Assembly: GCA_964458125.1 (NCBI GenBank)
Contig: CAYWHE010000001.1
Location: forward strand, 1-52,103
Source: an uncultured Flavobacteriaceae bacterium
GTDB taxonomy: Bacteria > Bacteroidota > Bacteroidia > AKYH767-A > OLB10
Length of the DNA stretch: 52,103 nt
Direction: 5' to 3'
Position 1 is the stretch's first letter, and each line of letters opens with the position of its first letter. This document shows positions 1-9,899 of the stretch, one piece after another. The position numbers were made by a program, and so were the translations under genes. The notes below the pieces were generated by a model. It had not been told where the DNA came from, made no database searches, and was given only the letters and a program-made list of their open reading frames with translations.

Positions 1-174
1 TATCCGGCAGAGACCGCTTATTTCAGACTAAAACATCAGCTGCAAGCGGGCATTTTAAAGGGCATATCCAATGACCTCCATAATAAGGAAAATGTCAGTA
101 TCAGCTTAAAAAAATTAAAAAGGCGAATCCTGGTTAAGCCTGGAGATGCCCAAGATGCCGTCCGTTTGAAATAA
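1..174 (+). CDS. 3' end of an unidentified CDS (5' part lies outside the window)
   Basis: Frame 1 is open from the window edge to TAA at 172-174 (57 codons, ...KPGDAQDAVRLK*). I recognise no family motif. Confidence 0.3.
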   Translation, partial: YPAETAYFRLKHQLQAGILKGISNDLHNKENVSISLKKLKRRILVKPGDAQDAVRLK

Positions 175-301
175 CCGGTTTTATCCATTTTTAGCTAACC
201 CTTTATGCGGAAACTGAAAACCCGGATCTTTAATCAGTTTTCCATCAACTGGCCGGTTGAAAATCCTGTTATCTTTACGGGCATAAAATTAATCCTGAGG
301 T

Positions 302-1540
302 ATGCCTGCATTTGAAAAATTCAAACTCGAAAATGGACTAACTGTTATTGTAAACGAAGACACGACAACTCCCCTGGTGGCGATGAACATACTCTACCAG
401 GTGGGCGCCAGGGACGAGGATCCATCCCGCACCGGATTTGCCCATCTTTTTGAACACCTGATGTTCGGAGGTTCAGTCAACATTCCCGATTATGACAGGC
501 CCCTGCAACTGGCCGGGGCTGAAAACAATGCCTTTACCAACAATGATTTCACCAATTACTACCTGACCATTCCGGCTGCCAACCTGGAAACGGCCTTCTG
601 GCTGGAATCTGACCGCATGCTGAGCCTGGCTTTTACCGAAAAAAGTCTCGAAGTACAGCGACAGGTGGTGGTGGAGGAATTCAAACAGCGTTACCTGAAC
701 CAGCCATACGGGGATGTATGGCTGCTTCTCCGGCCGCTGGCCTACAAGGTGCATCCCTATCGCTGGGCAACCATCGGAAAAGAAATTTCCCATATTGAAG
801 AGGCATCCCTGGATGATGTCAAAAAGTTTTTCAGAAAATATTATTCGCCCAACAATGCCATCCTGAGCCTGAGCGGTAATATAAACCGGAAAAGGGCCGG
901 AGAACTGACTGAAAAATGGTTTGCTCCACTTCCGGCAGCATCTGCCTTCTCCCGGGATATTCCCCCGGAGCCTGAACAAACGGAGGCGCGCGTTCTGAAA
1001 GTGGAACGCGAGGTCTCCTACGATGTCATCTACAAAGCTTTTCATTGCTGCGCCCGCAACGACAGTGAATTTTATGCCACGGACCTTTTGTCTGATGTAT
1101 TATCCCGGGGTAAATCCTCCCGCCTTTTTCAGAAACTGGTCCGCGAGAAAAAACTTTTCACCGAAATCAGTGCCCACCTGACGGGGGACCTTGACAAAAG
1201 CCTGATGATTGTGGAAGGGAAACTGGTGCGGGGAACGGGCATGGAAGAGGCTGAAGCGGCAATTCTGGAAGAACTTGAAAACAGCAAGACGGTTCCGGCC
1301 ACCGACACCGAATTGCAGAAAGTGAAAAATAAGATCGAGTCTGAACTCGTATTTTCGGAAATGAGCATTGCCAACAAAGCGTTGAATCTCGCCTATTATG
1401 AAATGCTGGGTGATGCTGCTGAAGCCAACCGGCAGGTGGCGCATTACCGGCAGGTGACCGCATCACAGATTTCATCACTGGCCCGCAATCTTTTTGTACC
1501 GGAAAATTGTTCCACGCTTTATTATCATGCTAAAAACTGA
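302..1540 (+). CDS. M16 (pitrilysin/insulinase) family zinc peptidase, catalytic subunit
   Basis: 412-aa ORF. It has the inverted zinc motif HxxEH (HLFEH in FAHLFEHLMFGG) near the N-terminus and a two-domain M16 layout. Its stop overlaps the next ORF start (TGATG at 1538-1542). Confidence 0.9.
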   Translation: MPAFEKFKLENGLTVIVNEDTTTPLVAMNILYQVGARDEDPSRTGFAHLFEHLMFGGSVNIPDYDRPLQLAGAENNAFTNNDFTNYYLTIPAANLETAFWLESDRMLSLAFTEKSLEVQRQVVVEEFKQRYLNQPYGDVWLLLRPLAYKVHPYRWATIGKEISHIEEASLDDVKKFFRKYYSPNNAILSLSGNINRKRAGELTEKWFAPLPAASAFSRDIPPEPEQTEARVLKVEREVSYDVIYKAFHCCARNDSEFYATDLLSDVLSRGKSSRLFQKLVREKKLFTEISAHLTGDLDKSLMIVEGKLVRGTGMEEAEAAILEELENSKTVPATDTELQKVKNKIESELVFSEMSIANKALNLAYYEMLGDAAEANRQVAHYRQVTASQISSLARNLFVPENCSTLYYHAKN

Positions 1541-2832
1541 TGCAGCATATGACCCTTAACCGAACACAGGCCCCGGACTTTGAAATACCTGAAAAAATAA
1601 ACATCCCCGAAGCAGAAAGGTTACCCCTATCCAATAACATCCCCTGTTTTACCATTCATTCTCCCTACCAGGATGTGTTAAGGGTGGAATTTATTTTTGA
1701 TGCGGGTACCTGCTTTGAAACCAAACGAGTGGTTGCCAGCGCCACCAATGACCTTTGCGATGACGGAACCATACACCATTCCGCCAGGGCCATAGCCGAA
1801 CATTTCGACTTTTACGGCGGCAGCATTCAGACCGAAAACGGGCATGACAAGGCATCGATCACCTTGTATACCCTGGGAAAATTCCTGAAAGACACCCTTC
1901 CCATGTTGATGGAAATCATCCAGGAACCCGCATATCCTGAAGAAGAACTGAAAGACTACCAGACCCGGAACAGGCAACACCTGGCCAGCAGCAACAAAAA
2001 GGTAGGTTTCGTGGCCCGGAAACTGTTCACACAAAACCTTTTTGGGGCTGATCATCCGTATGGATATATGGTGCTTGAAGAGGATTATATAAACCTGAAA
2101 AGGCAGGATTTGCTTGGCTTTCAGAAGAAATGGTACAAGGATGGCAACCTTTCTGTCGTGATCTCGGGCAATTTGTCGGATCAAACCAAAAGGACCCTGC
2201 AGGAGATTATTGGAAACACGGGCCGGCTCCCGGTTGATAAAAAAATGGCCGGTCATGCAACTCCTGATCAGCTTCCTTCGTCACCATTGTATTCGGAGCG
2301 TGCTGATGCACTTCAGTCGGCCATCCGCGTGGGCAGAAGATTATTCAATAAAACGCATCCTGATTTTGCGGGAATGAGTATTGTGAGTACCATCCTTGGC
2401 GGATATTTTGGTTCCCGGCTCATGTCCAACATCAGGGAAGACAAAGGTTACACCTATGGTATAGGTTCTTCGCTGGTTTCCATGTTGCAGGATGGATATT
2501 TCTTTATAGCCACCGAGGTGGGCGTAGAAGTGACCTTGGCTACGCTGCATGAAATTTATTTTGAAATCAATCGTATGTGCCAGGAACCCGTCGGTGAAGA
2601 GGAATTGAAAATTGTTAAAAATTACCTGACCGGTTCCTTTCTCCGGAGTATTGATGGGCCATTTGCACTGGCGGATAAATGGAAGGGGATTTATTTCTAT
2701 GGTTTGGGTTATGACTATTACAGGCGTTACCTGGAAACCATCCGGACCATCACCCCGGAAATGATTCAAAACTTGAGCAATAAGTATCTGAATAAGAATG
2801 AGTTAACTGAAGTTGTGGTAGGAAAAAAATAA
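1540..2832 (+). CDS. M16 family peptidase-like protein, non-catalytic partner (no HxxEH)
   Basis: 430-aa ORF with M16_C-like segments (GGYFGSRLMSNIREDKGYTYG) but no HxxEH motif. It is translationally coupled to the upstream M16 gene. An alternative ATG lies at 1549. Confidence 0.85.
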   Translation: MQHMTLNRTQAPDFEIPEKINIPEAERLPLSNNIPCFTIHSPYQDVLRVEFIFDAGTCFETKRVVASATNDLCDDGTIHHSARAIAEHFDFYGGSIQTENGHDKASITLYTLGKFLKDTLPMLMEIIQEPAYPEEELKDYQTRNRQHLASSNKKVGFVARKLFTQNLFGADHPYGYMVLEEDYINLKRQDLLGFQKKWYKDGNLSVVISGNLSDQTKRTLQEIIGNTGRLPVDKKMAGHATPDQLPSSPLYSERADALQSAIRVGRRLFNKTHPDFAGMSIVSTILGGYFGSRLMSNIREDKGYTYGIGSSLVSMLQDGYFFIATEVGVEVTLATLHEIYFEINRMCQEPVGEEELKIVKNYLTGSFLRSIDGPFALADKWKGIYFYGLGYDYYRRYLETIRTITPEMIQNLSNKYLNKNELTEVVVGKK

Positions 2833-2976
2833 TTGCTTTGTGACATTAAAAACCTTATTTTTGCTGATGCCGTATTTTATGGATAGTCAGCAAGTAAAGT
2901 ACCGCACCTGTGATTGAATTTATTCAGTCATTGAATTTTAGAACACTAACTATAAAACCATTTTAAGGTAACCTGC

Positions 2977-5900
2977 ATGAAAAAGATTCTGACCATCATT
3001 CTGCTTTTTTCATTGTCTTTTCAAGTCCGGGCTTCCCACCTGATGGGTGGGGAAATCACCTGGGTATGTCAACCGAACGGACAGTTTGTTTTTACCATGA
3101 TTCTTTACCGGGATTGCAGCGGAATACCTATTCCAACCGGTGCCCAATCCCTGGAGGTTTATGGTAATCCCCTGATGACTTCCCTATCCCTGCCCAACTG
3201 GTCTACAACGGACATCACTTATTGCCAGCCACAATATAACTGCAACAATGCACCTCCCGGCGCAACGGAACAGGGAGTTTATGTTTCCAATCCAATTACA
3301 CTCAATGGCGTACCCCCGGCAGGCGGGTGGACCTTTGTATGGCACTCCTGCTGCAGGAATGCTGCGTTGGATAATGTGAACGCAGCCGGATTTTCATTAC
3401 GTGCCACCATGTTTCCATACAACGGTCAAAATGTCAATCCCTGCTTTGACAGTTCACCAGCATTTGCCGAGCGTCCGAACACGGTTCTCTGCACAGGTTT
3501 CCCGTTTAAATATAATCATGTGGCCATTGACCCGGAAATGGACTCCCTTGTATATGCCTGGGGACAACCCCTGGAGGAACCCACCAATACGCCCCCCGCA
3601 GCATGGAATCCTGGAACAAACCCATCCTACACCACCTATAACCCGCCCTATTCCGTTGCCAATCCACTTCCATTTAATGCTCCGAACGTGGGAGCAACCA
3701 TCAATCCGTTTAACGGAGAAATCAATTATGCCTGCTATATAGGTGGTAATTTTCTGACCTGTACCAAGGTTACCGCTTATAAATGCGGACAGAAAGTGGC
3801 TGAAATTTTCCGGGAAATCCAGATTGTGATGCTTGGGAATTGTCCTTTGACTTTCACCGGTACTCCGAATGCACCGCCCGTGGTTGATCCGCCATTCCAG
3901 GATTCCACAGGCGCCTTCACCCAATACAATGATACCGTTTATGCAGGTGATACGGTACGTTTTTTTCTGAATGCACATGACTTCGACTTTGTCGTGGTTA
4001 ACGGTGTCCCTCAGCTTCAGAGCCTTGATGTTATGGGCTATAGCGGGCAGTTTGGAGCCGGGTTCACAAACCCGAATGCCGGATGCCTCATCCCCCCCTG
4101 TGCGACTACCTCGCCCGCCCTGCCAAGCGTCGGTAACATTGCCGGATCCAATATTGCCTTCACCTGGCCCACGACCTGTGATCACGTGATCGGATTCAAC
4201 CAGGGGTGTGTGAAATTGTCCAATACTTACACCTTCTTTTTCAGGAACCAGGACAACTTCTGTCCTGCTCCCCAGATCGCTTACAGTACCATTACCATCA
4301 CGGTGCTGGCTCCTCCGGCCATTGACTCCTCCCAGATCCGCTGTACGGCCGTTGGCCTGGCGGGTGATGTGACCCTGACCTGGGCCAAAGCCTACGATAA
4401 AAAAACACCCAACGATACCGCGGCCTCTTTCTATTGTTACCAGATCTGGAGGGCTCCAGCTGCAGCAGGACCGTATACACTCATTGACAGCATTTTCAAT
4501 ATCAATACCACCAGCTATACCGATAATGCAGTCAACGGACAAACCGGCCGCTACTGGTATTATTCCCGGACCCGCTATGGTTGCGATGGTGACTGGAAAA
4601 CAGGAAACACCGACTCCGTTTCGACCATCCTGCTGAATGTATCAAGCGTCACACCTGGTATTGCCCAGCTGAACTGGAATGCCATTCACACCCCCTTGTT
4701 CAGCAGTTCCCTGCCGCATTACAAAATTTACAGGGAGTCTCCGCCAACCGTGTGGACCCTGATCGATTCCACCACCTCCTTATCGTATATTGATACAGTT
4801 AGCATTATCTGCAACGATTCGATCAACTACCGCGTACAGATTGAGGATTCCATCGGCTGCACCTCGGTCTCGTCAATTGATGGCATCCGTTTTTCCATTG
4901 CTCCACAGCCAGATCCGCCCTCCCTGCGCTGCATTGCCGTACAGGTAAACGGGAGCCAGACACTGACCTGGGTGCCTCCCGTGGATACAGCCGTGCAATA
5001 TGACGGGTACTTTATCTACCATGCCAACGGTGCCGTTTACACGTTGCACGACAGCCTGTTCAATTACAGCACGCTTACTTATAACGACAACTCCCTGAAT
5101 GCCAACAACAATTCAGTCGGGCATTTCCTGACCACCCGGTCAGCCTGCGGACCGGCCTATTCCATTAACGGGGATACGTTGAAGAGCATATATCTCCAGG
5201 TGAATAATGTCGGCGGCAATGCCAGCCTTTCATGGAACGCCATGCGTACACCCAAACTTCCTTCAGCCGGCAGCTATTACCGGATATTCAAAGAATACCC
5301 TGCCGGATCCTGGTCCCTGATCGATTCCACAAGCCTGCTCACCTACCTGGACTCCATTTATATCTGCAATGACAGCATCAATTACCGCATCGAATTACCG
5401 GACGCTTCCGGATGCATCTCTGTCTCCAACGTGGATGGGGCCAGGTTCATAGATAATTCCATTCCAGATCCTCCCGAGATCAGGTGTGTTGCCGTTGCCA
5501 CCAACGGTGACGTCACCATCAGCTGGAGTCCGCCGCAGGATACCGGACTGGACTTCAACAGTTACCACATCTATTACAGTCTGAATGCGGGTGGACCGTT
5601 TAATCTCATCGACAGTATTTTCAATTACAACCAGAGTTCTTATACGCATACTGTTACGGCAGCCAACGGGCAGTCGGTTTATTACCAGATGAAGACCCGC
5701 ACCGGTTGCGGAGTTCAGTATTCACCTGCTTCAGCCACTGCACGTTCCATTTACCTCACTGTAGGCGGAACAAACACCAGTATTGCAGCCCTGTCCTGGA
5801 ATGCGGTGCATACGCCAAACCTGCCAACATCTACAGGGACCTACAATATTTACCGGAAGGTGGCAACCGGTCCATGGGCGTTTAGGGCAAGTACCAACTC

Positions 5901-8568
5901 CTTATCGTTTAATGACTCTTTGGTCATTTGTATTGACAGCGTATTTTACCGTATTGAAATCGGGGATGCGCTTCCCTGTGTTTCTGTTTCCAATGTAAAC
6001 GGAAACCGTTTCGTGGACAATACCGTGCCGGCACCTCCTGCCATGCATTGCATTTCGGTATTGCCAAACGGTAATATTAACCTGACCTGGGTTCCGCCCA
6101 CGGATACGGCCCGCCAGTTTAACAGTTATCACATTTTCAGCAGCCTGAATGCCGCCGGTCCCTATATCAAGGTGGACAGTATTTTCAATTACAATGCCAC
6201 CACCTATACTGATATTACGGCCAATGGCAACGCCCAATCCGTATATTATTACCTGGAAACACGTTCCGGATGCGGGGTTCAGTACTCTTCAATTTCGGAA
6301 ATCCTGCAAAGCATCTACCTTCAGGTTGGCGGTGGCGGTACCTCTGTCGCTAACCTGAGCTGGAATGCCATTCACACGCCTAACCTGCCCAGTTCCACCG
6401 GTGTTTACAAGGTATTCCGGGAATATCCGGCCGGTACCTGGAACCAGATCGGATCAACTCCATCGCTCAGTTATGATGACAGCCTGCATTTGTGTACGGA
6501 TCGCGTCAATTACCGCGTGGAGATTTCCGATAACCTTCCCTGCGTTTCCGTTTCCAGCGTAAACGGGGATATCTTTGTAGACAATACCATTCCCGGCTCA
6601 CCCGAACCGCGCTGTGTTTCCGTATTAACCAACGGTGATGTGACCATTACCTGGCAGGCACCTGTTGATACCGGTCTCGACTTCAACAGCTATCATATTT
6701 ATACCAGCAATAATCCGGGAGGTCCATTTATTGAAATCGACAGTATTTTTGACTATGGAACCACCACCACGACTCATTTGGGCGCCAATGCAAATAACCA
6801 GTCGGTTTATTACATACTGAAAACACGCACCGGATGCGGGGTACAATATTCACCGGCTTCCGTGCTGATTCAAAGCATCAAACTCAACGTGACCAATCCA
6901 GGTAACGGAGTGGCCAATCTGAACTGGAATCCCACTCATAACCCACTGCTGCCAACAGCTTCGGCCACTTATGATGTGTATAAGGAATATCCTGCCGGAA
7001 CCTGGGCCAAGATTGCAACAGTGGGAGAACCCCATTATGAAGACTCCATCACCGTTTGTTCGGAAACCATTAATTACTATGTAGAAACCTTTGATAACCT
7101 GCCTTGCAACTCAGTTTCAAGCCGCGATGGCGACCTCTTCCAGGATATTATTCCTCCATCCATTCCCGTACTCGACACGGTTAGTGTTAACCCATACGAC
7201 AGCCTGGTTACCATTACCTGGAACCAGAATCCGTCCGGAGACACCAAAGGATATATTATATACCAGTTTAATGGTGTGACCTGGGATTCCGTTGGCGCCA
7301 CCACTTCCATCTCCGCCATCAGCCTGCTGAACCTTAATTCCCAGGCTGCCCAGGAATCCGAGATTTATGCCGTTGCCGCCTATGACAGCTGCGGCAACCT
7401 GAGTCCCCTAAGCGTTCAGCACAACACCATTTTCCTGCAGGTGCAGCTGAATAAGTGCAAAGGAGCCATAGACCTGGAATGGGTAGCCTATCAGAACATG
7501 GAAAGCGGTGTGGCCAAGTACAATATTTTTGCCAGTGAAAACGGAGGTCCATACCTGATGGTCGGGTCAACAGCCGGTAATGAAACAACCTTCTCGCATG
7601 GCCCGCTGACCAAGTATGCCACCTATTGTTATTTCGTACAGGCCGTCAGTACCAACGGACTTCATACTGCTTCTTCCAATATCGCTTGCGAATTTGCCGA
7701 TGTTTTACAGCTTCCTCTTTTCTCCTACCTGAAAAAGGTTACTGTTACCGGACCAAGGTCGGTATATGGGGAATGTTTTGTTGACACGGCCGCCGATGTA
7801 ACCTCTTACAGGCTCATGCGCTCGATGAAACTGGCAGGTCCTTACAGCACTGTTGCGCTGAGTTACGATACCCTGAACCCGGTGATCTCTTTCAACGATA
7901 CAACTCCAATAACAACCGAAACGGATTACTTCTATATCGTCATTACCACTAGTAATTGCGGTGTGGACGTGTACACCAGCAATATCGGCCATACCATTTA
8001 CCTGCAGGCCAAACCACAGGATAATTTTATCAATACCCTGGAATGGAATAATTATGAGGAATGGCTGGGTAAGGTTCAGCATTATAAAATTTACCGAAAG
8101 GTGGACAATGCACCGGTATTTGAACAGATTGCCGATGTACCATATGGCATCACCACCTATGTGGATCATATCCCTCAATTCTACATGGGAGAAGGAAATT
8201 TCTGCTATTATGTTGAAGCTTATGAAGGTGCCGGCAATGCGTTCGGATTCTCTGAAATCAGTGCATCCAATGAAGATTGCGCCATCCAGTCACCGCAATT
8301 GTATGTTCCAAATGCCTTTACCCCGGGAGGAAAAAATCCTGTCTTCTACCCTGTTAATATCTTTACGGATGAAAACAACAATTACTTCTTTTCCGTTTTC
8401 AACCGCTGGGGAGAAAAGATATTTGAAACCCATGATCCCAAACAGGGCTGGGATGGTAAATTCAACGGGACGCTCGCTCCCCAGGGTACCTATGTGTATT
8501 ATGTCCGGCTCTATGGTAACAGCGGGGAAAAACGTGAAAAGAAAGGCTGGGTAAACCTGATCCGGTAG
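2977..8568 (+). CDS. Giant secreted cell-surface adhesin-like protein with T9SS type B (gliding-motility-associated) C-terminal sorting domain
   Basis: 1863-aa ORF with signal peptide MKKILTIILLFSLSFQVRA. A Cys-rich N-terminal domain begins SHLMGGEITW. A long array of FN3-like repeat pairs follows. The last ~90 aa (LYVPNAFTPGG...FSVFNRWGEKIFE...GWDGKFNG...PQGTYVYYV) match the gliding-motility C-terminal domain (TIGR04131 type). Confidence 0.85.
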   Translation: MKKILTIILLFSLSFQVRASHLMGGEITWVCQPNGQFVFTMILYRDCSGIPIPTGAQSLEVYGNPLMTSLSLPNWSTTDITYCQPQYNCNNAPPGATEQGVYVSNPITLNGVPPAGGWTFVWHSCCRNAALDNVNAAGFSLRATMFPYNGQNVNPCFDSSPAFAERPNTVLCTGFPFKYNHVAIDPEMDSLVYAWGQPLEEPTNTPPAAWNPGTNPSYTTYNPPYSVANPLPFNAPNVGATINPFNGEINYACYIGGNFLTCTKVTAYKCGQKVAEIFREIQIVMLGNCPLTFTGTPNAPPVVDPPFQDSTGAFTQYNDTVYAGDTVRFFLNAHDFDFVVVNGVPQLQSLDVMGYSGQFGAGFTNPNAGCLIPPCATTSPALPSVGNIAGSNIAFTWPTTCDHVIGFNQGCVKLSNTYTFFFRNQDNFCPAPQIAYSTITITVLAPPAIDSSQIRCTAVGLAGDVTLTWAKAYDKKTPNDTAASFYCYQIWRAPAAAGPYTLIDSIFNINTTSYTDNAVNGQTGRYWYYSRTRYGCDGDWKTGNTDSVSTILLNVSSVTPGIAQLNWNAIHTPLFSSSLPHYKIYRESPPTVWTLIDSTTSLSYIDTVSIICNDSINYRVQIEDSIGCTSVSSIDGIRFSIAPQPDPPSLRCIAVQVNGSQTLTWVPPVDTAVQYDGYFIYHANGAVYTLHDSLFNYSTLTYNDNSLNANNNSVGHFLTTRSACGPAYSINGDTLKSIYLQVNNVGGNASLSWNAMRTPKLPSAGSYYRIFKEYPAGSWSLIDSTSLLTYLDSIYICNDSINYRIELPDASGCISVSNVDGARFIDNSIPDPPEIRCVAVATNGDVTISWSPPQDTGLDFNSYHIYYSLNAGGPFNLIDSIFNYNQSSYTHTVTAANGQSVYYQMKTRTGCGVQYSPASATARSIYLTVGGTNTSIAALSWNAVHTPNLPTSTGTYNIYRKVATGPWAFRASTNSLSFNDSLVICIDSVFYRIEIGDALPCVSVSNVNGNRFVDNTVPAPPAMHCISVLPNGNINLTWVPPTDTARQFNSYHIFSSLNAAGPYIKVDSIFNYNATTYTDITANGNAQSVYYYLETRSGCGVQYSSISEILQSIYLQVGGGGTSVANLSWNAIHTPNLPSSTGVYKVFREYPAGTWNQIGSTPSLSYDDSLHLCTDRVNYRVEISDNLPCVSVSSVNGDIFVDNTIPGSPEPRCVSVLTNGDVTITWQAPVDTGLDFNSYHIYTSNNPGGPFIEIDSIFDYGTTTTTHLGANANNQSVYYILKTRTGCGVQYSPASVLIQSIKLNVTNPGNGVANLNWNPTHNPLLPTASATYDVYKEYPAGTWAKIATVGEPHYEDSITVCSETINYYVETFDNLPCNSVSSRDGDLFQDIIPPSIPVLDTVSVNPYDSLVTITWNQNPSGDTKGYIIYQFNGVTWDSVGATTSISAISLLNLNSQAAQESEIYAVAAYDSCGNLSPLSVQHNTIFLQVQLNKCKGAIDLEWVAYQNMESGVAKYNIFASENGGPYLMVGSTAGNETTFSHGPLTKYATYCYFVQAVSTNGLHTASSNIACEFADVLQLPLFSYLKKVTVTGPRSVYGECFVDTAADVTSYRLMRSMKLAGPYSTVALSYDTLNPVISFNDTTPITTETDYFYIVITTSNCGVDVYTSNIGHTIYLQAKPQDNFINTLEWNNYEEWLGKVQHYKIYRKVDNAPVFEQIADVPYGITTYVDHIPQFYMGEGNFCYYVEAYEGAGNAFGFSEISASNEDCAIQSPQLYVPNAFTPGGKNPVFYPVNIFTDENNNYFFSVFNRWGEKIFETHDPKQGWDGKFNGTLAPQGTYVYYVRLYGNSGEKREKKGWVNLIR
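4311..7150 (+). repeat. Five in-frame tandem coding repeats (~555-600 nt, ~185-200 aa each) inside the adhesin gene
   Basis: Units start at about 4311, 4911, 5464, 6028 and 6592 and end near 7150. Each unit has the form P-P-x-x-RC-x-V-x-x-NGD-VT-L/I-TW...FNSYHIY...IDSIFNY...YY...TR(T/S)GCGVQYS...SIYL...LSWNA-HTP-LP...Y-I/V-F/Y-(K/R)EYPAG-W...INYR(V/I)E...C-SVS. More diverged copies continue to about 8290. Confidence 0.8.
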
Positions 8569-8612
8569 GCCATACGATCCGGATCAGTTAAATCCGGCAG
8601 ACCATTTATTAA

Positions 8613-8647
8613 ATGCACCCGTGGAAATTCCCGGGTGCATTTTTTTC
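8613..8647 (+). terminator. Rho-independent terminator downstream of the adhesin gene
   Basis: Perfect 9-bp stem ATGCACCCG (8613-8621) / CGGGTGCAT (8632-8640) with a 10-nt loop, followed by TTTTTTT (8641-8647), 45 nt after the stop codon. Confidence 0.7.
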
Positions 8648-8771
8648 TTTGACATTCTTTTTTGGGAAAGCATACCTGTCCGGGCAAATCAGCCCTCCTC
8701 ATGCAACGGGCATCGATCCGTTAATTTTTCACAAACGGCCTGCAATGGGAATTCCCTTCGGGATTGAAAAA

Positions 8772-9755
8772 TTATTTTTTAAAACGCTCCCGGTTTCCTT
8801 TTGCAAACCGGTCATCGGTCAGGGTATGCAAAAAATTTTCAAGGTCGGTCAGTTCCGGCTCAGTAAGATTCAAAGGTTGTTGCATGAGGGTATCAAGCTG
8901 AACAGGATTTGGTACCGTTTTAAAAGGATCATTATAGTAAGTCAGCACTTCGCGAAGGGTCCGGAACATACCATTATGCATATAAGGGGCCGTAACGGCC
9001 ACATTGCGGAGGCCGGGGGTTTTAAACCGGCCAAGGTCTGCACTGTCGGAGGTGATCTCAAACCGTCCCCGATCGGTCAGGCTTTGTCCGTCATACAAGC
9101 CGATATTGCGAAACTGGTCTCCCGTAAAATCGGGAGAGAAATGACATTGAAAACACCTGGTTTTTTTATCATCCATAAAAAGTTCACGGCCACGGATTGC
9201 TGAGGGGCTCATGGCCAGGCTGTCCCCGTTCATCCAGCGGTCGAAAGGCGTGTCAGAAGTTTCCAGGGTCCGTTCAAATTCAGAAAGAGCATCCCTGATG
9301 GAATTGGAATCGGGTGGAGCCCCGTAAATCTTTTGAAATAGCCGGATATAGTTTTGATCAGTTTCAATTCTCCTGCAGGCCTCTGAAAAAGGGATATCCA
9401 TTTCCAGGTGATCCTCCACCGGAAACCGGACCTGCTCTTCGAGGGAAGCCGCACGGCCATCATAAAAAAAATACGGTCTTGCCGCCATATTCATCACGGA
9501 AGGGGTATTCCGCTTACCCGGCAATCCATTGGCGCCAAGACTAAACGAAACCGTGTCGGCAAATGCAAAAGCCGGGATATGACAAGATGCACAGCTGATG
9601 GTGTTATTTTTGGAAAGTCGCTTTTCATGAAATAGCAACTCTCCCAATGCTGCCCGGGTCTGGGGTTCGTTTCCAACCCTCCCGGCAGGAAAACGGGCTG
9701 CGGAAATATTCAGCAGCAGGAAGGCAACAAGCGCATACGGGAGCGTTTTATTCAT
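8772..9755 (-). CDS. Di-haem cytochrome c peroxidase (CCP/MauG family)
   Basis: 327-aa ORF with an N-terminal signal sequence. It has two CxxCH haem-binding motifs (CASCH and CFQCH) and the typical CCP segments FKTPGLRNVAVTAPYMHNG and LTEPELTDLENFL. Confidence 0.9.
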   Translation of the reverse strand: MNKTLPYALVAFLLLNISAARFPAGRVGNEPQTRAALGELLFHEKRLSKNNTISCASCHIPAFAFADTVSFSLGANGLPGKRNTPSVMNMAARPYFFYDGRAASLEEQVRFPVEDHLEMDIPFSEACRRIETDQNYIRLFQKIYGAPPDSNSIRDALSEFERTLETSDTPFDRWMNGDSLAMSPSAIRGRELFMDDKKTRCFQCHFSPDFTGDQFRNIGLYDGQSLTDRGRFEITSDSADLGRFKTPGLRNVAVTAPYMHNGMFRTLREVLTYYNDPFKTVPNPVQLDTLMQQPLNLTEPELTDLENFLHTLTDDRFAKGNRERFKK

Positions 9756-9899
9756 CCGGCAAATTTAGGGTATCCGGTCCTTAAATTTTTAAGCACCGCG
9801 AACCGGACCCGACATTCATTTTATAAACACTTGAAATACTGCATATTACCTTGTGAAAAAAGGAAATGATAGGGCTCAGGGAAAAAAAGATTTACCGAA

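Noticed and set aside
2913-2938. 9-nt direct repeat ATTGAATTT x2 (17-nt spacing) upstream of the adhesin gene
   Set aside because: It is short and AT-rich, so chance occurrence in an AT-rich promoter region is plausible. No inverted-repeat or recombinase context suggests an invertible promoter.
3454-4542. 362-aa minus-strand ORF inside the adhesin gene
   Set aside because: It lies antisense to a CDS with strong domain logic (signal peptide, repeats, T9SS CTD). Its translation is Gly/Arg/Ile-rich with no motif. This is a typical shadow ORF.
8613-9203. 196-aa plus-strand ORF overlapping the cytochrome c peroxidase gene
   Set aside because: The opposite strand encodes a protein with two CxxCH motifs and full CCP collinearity. 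The plus-strand ORF begins inside the terminator hairpin and has no recognisable features.
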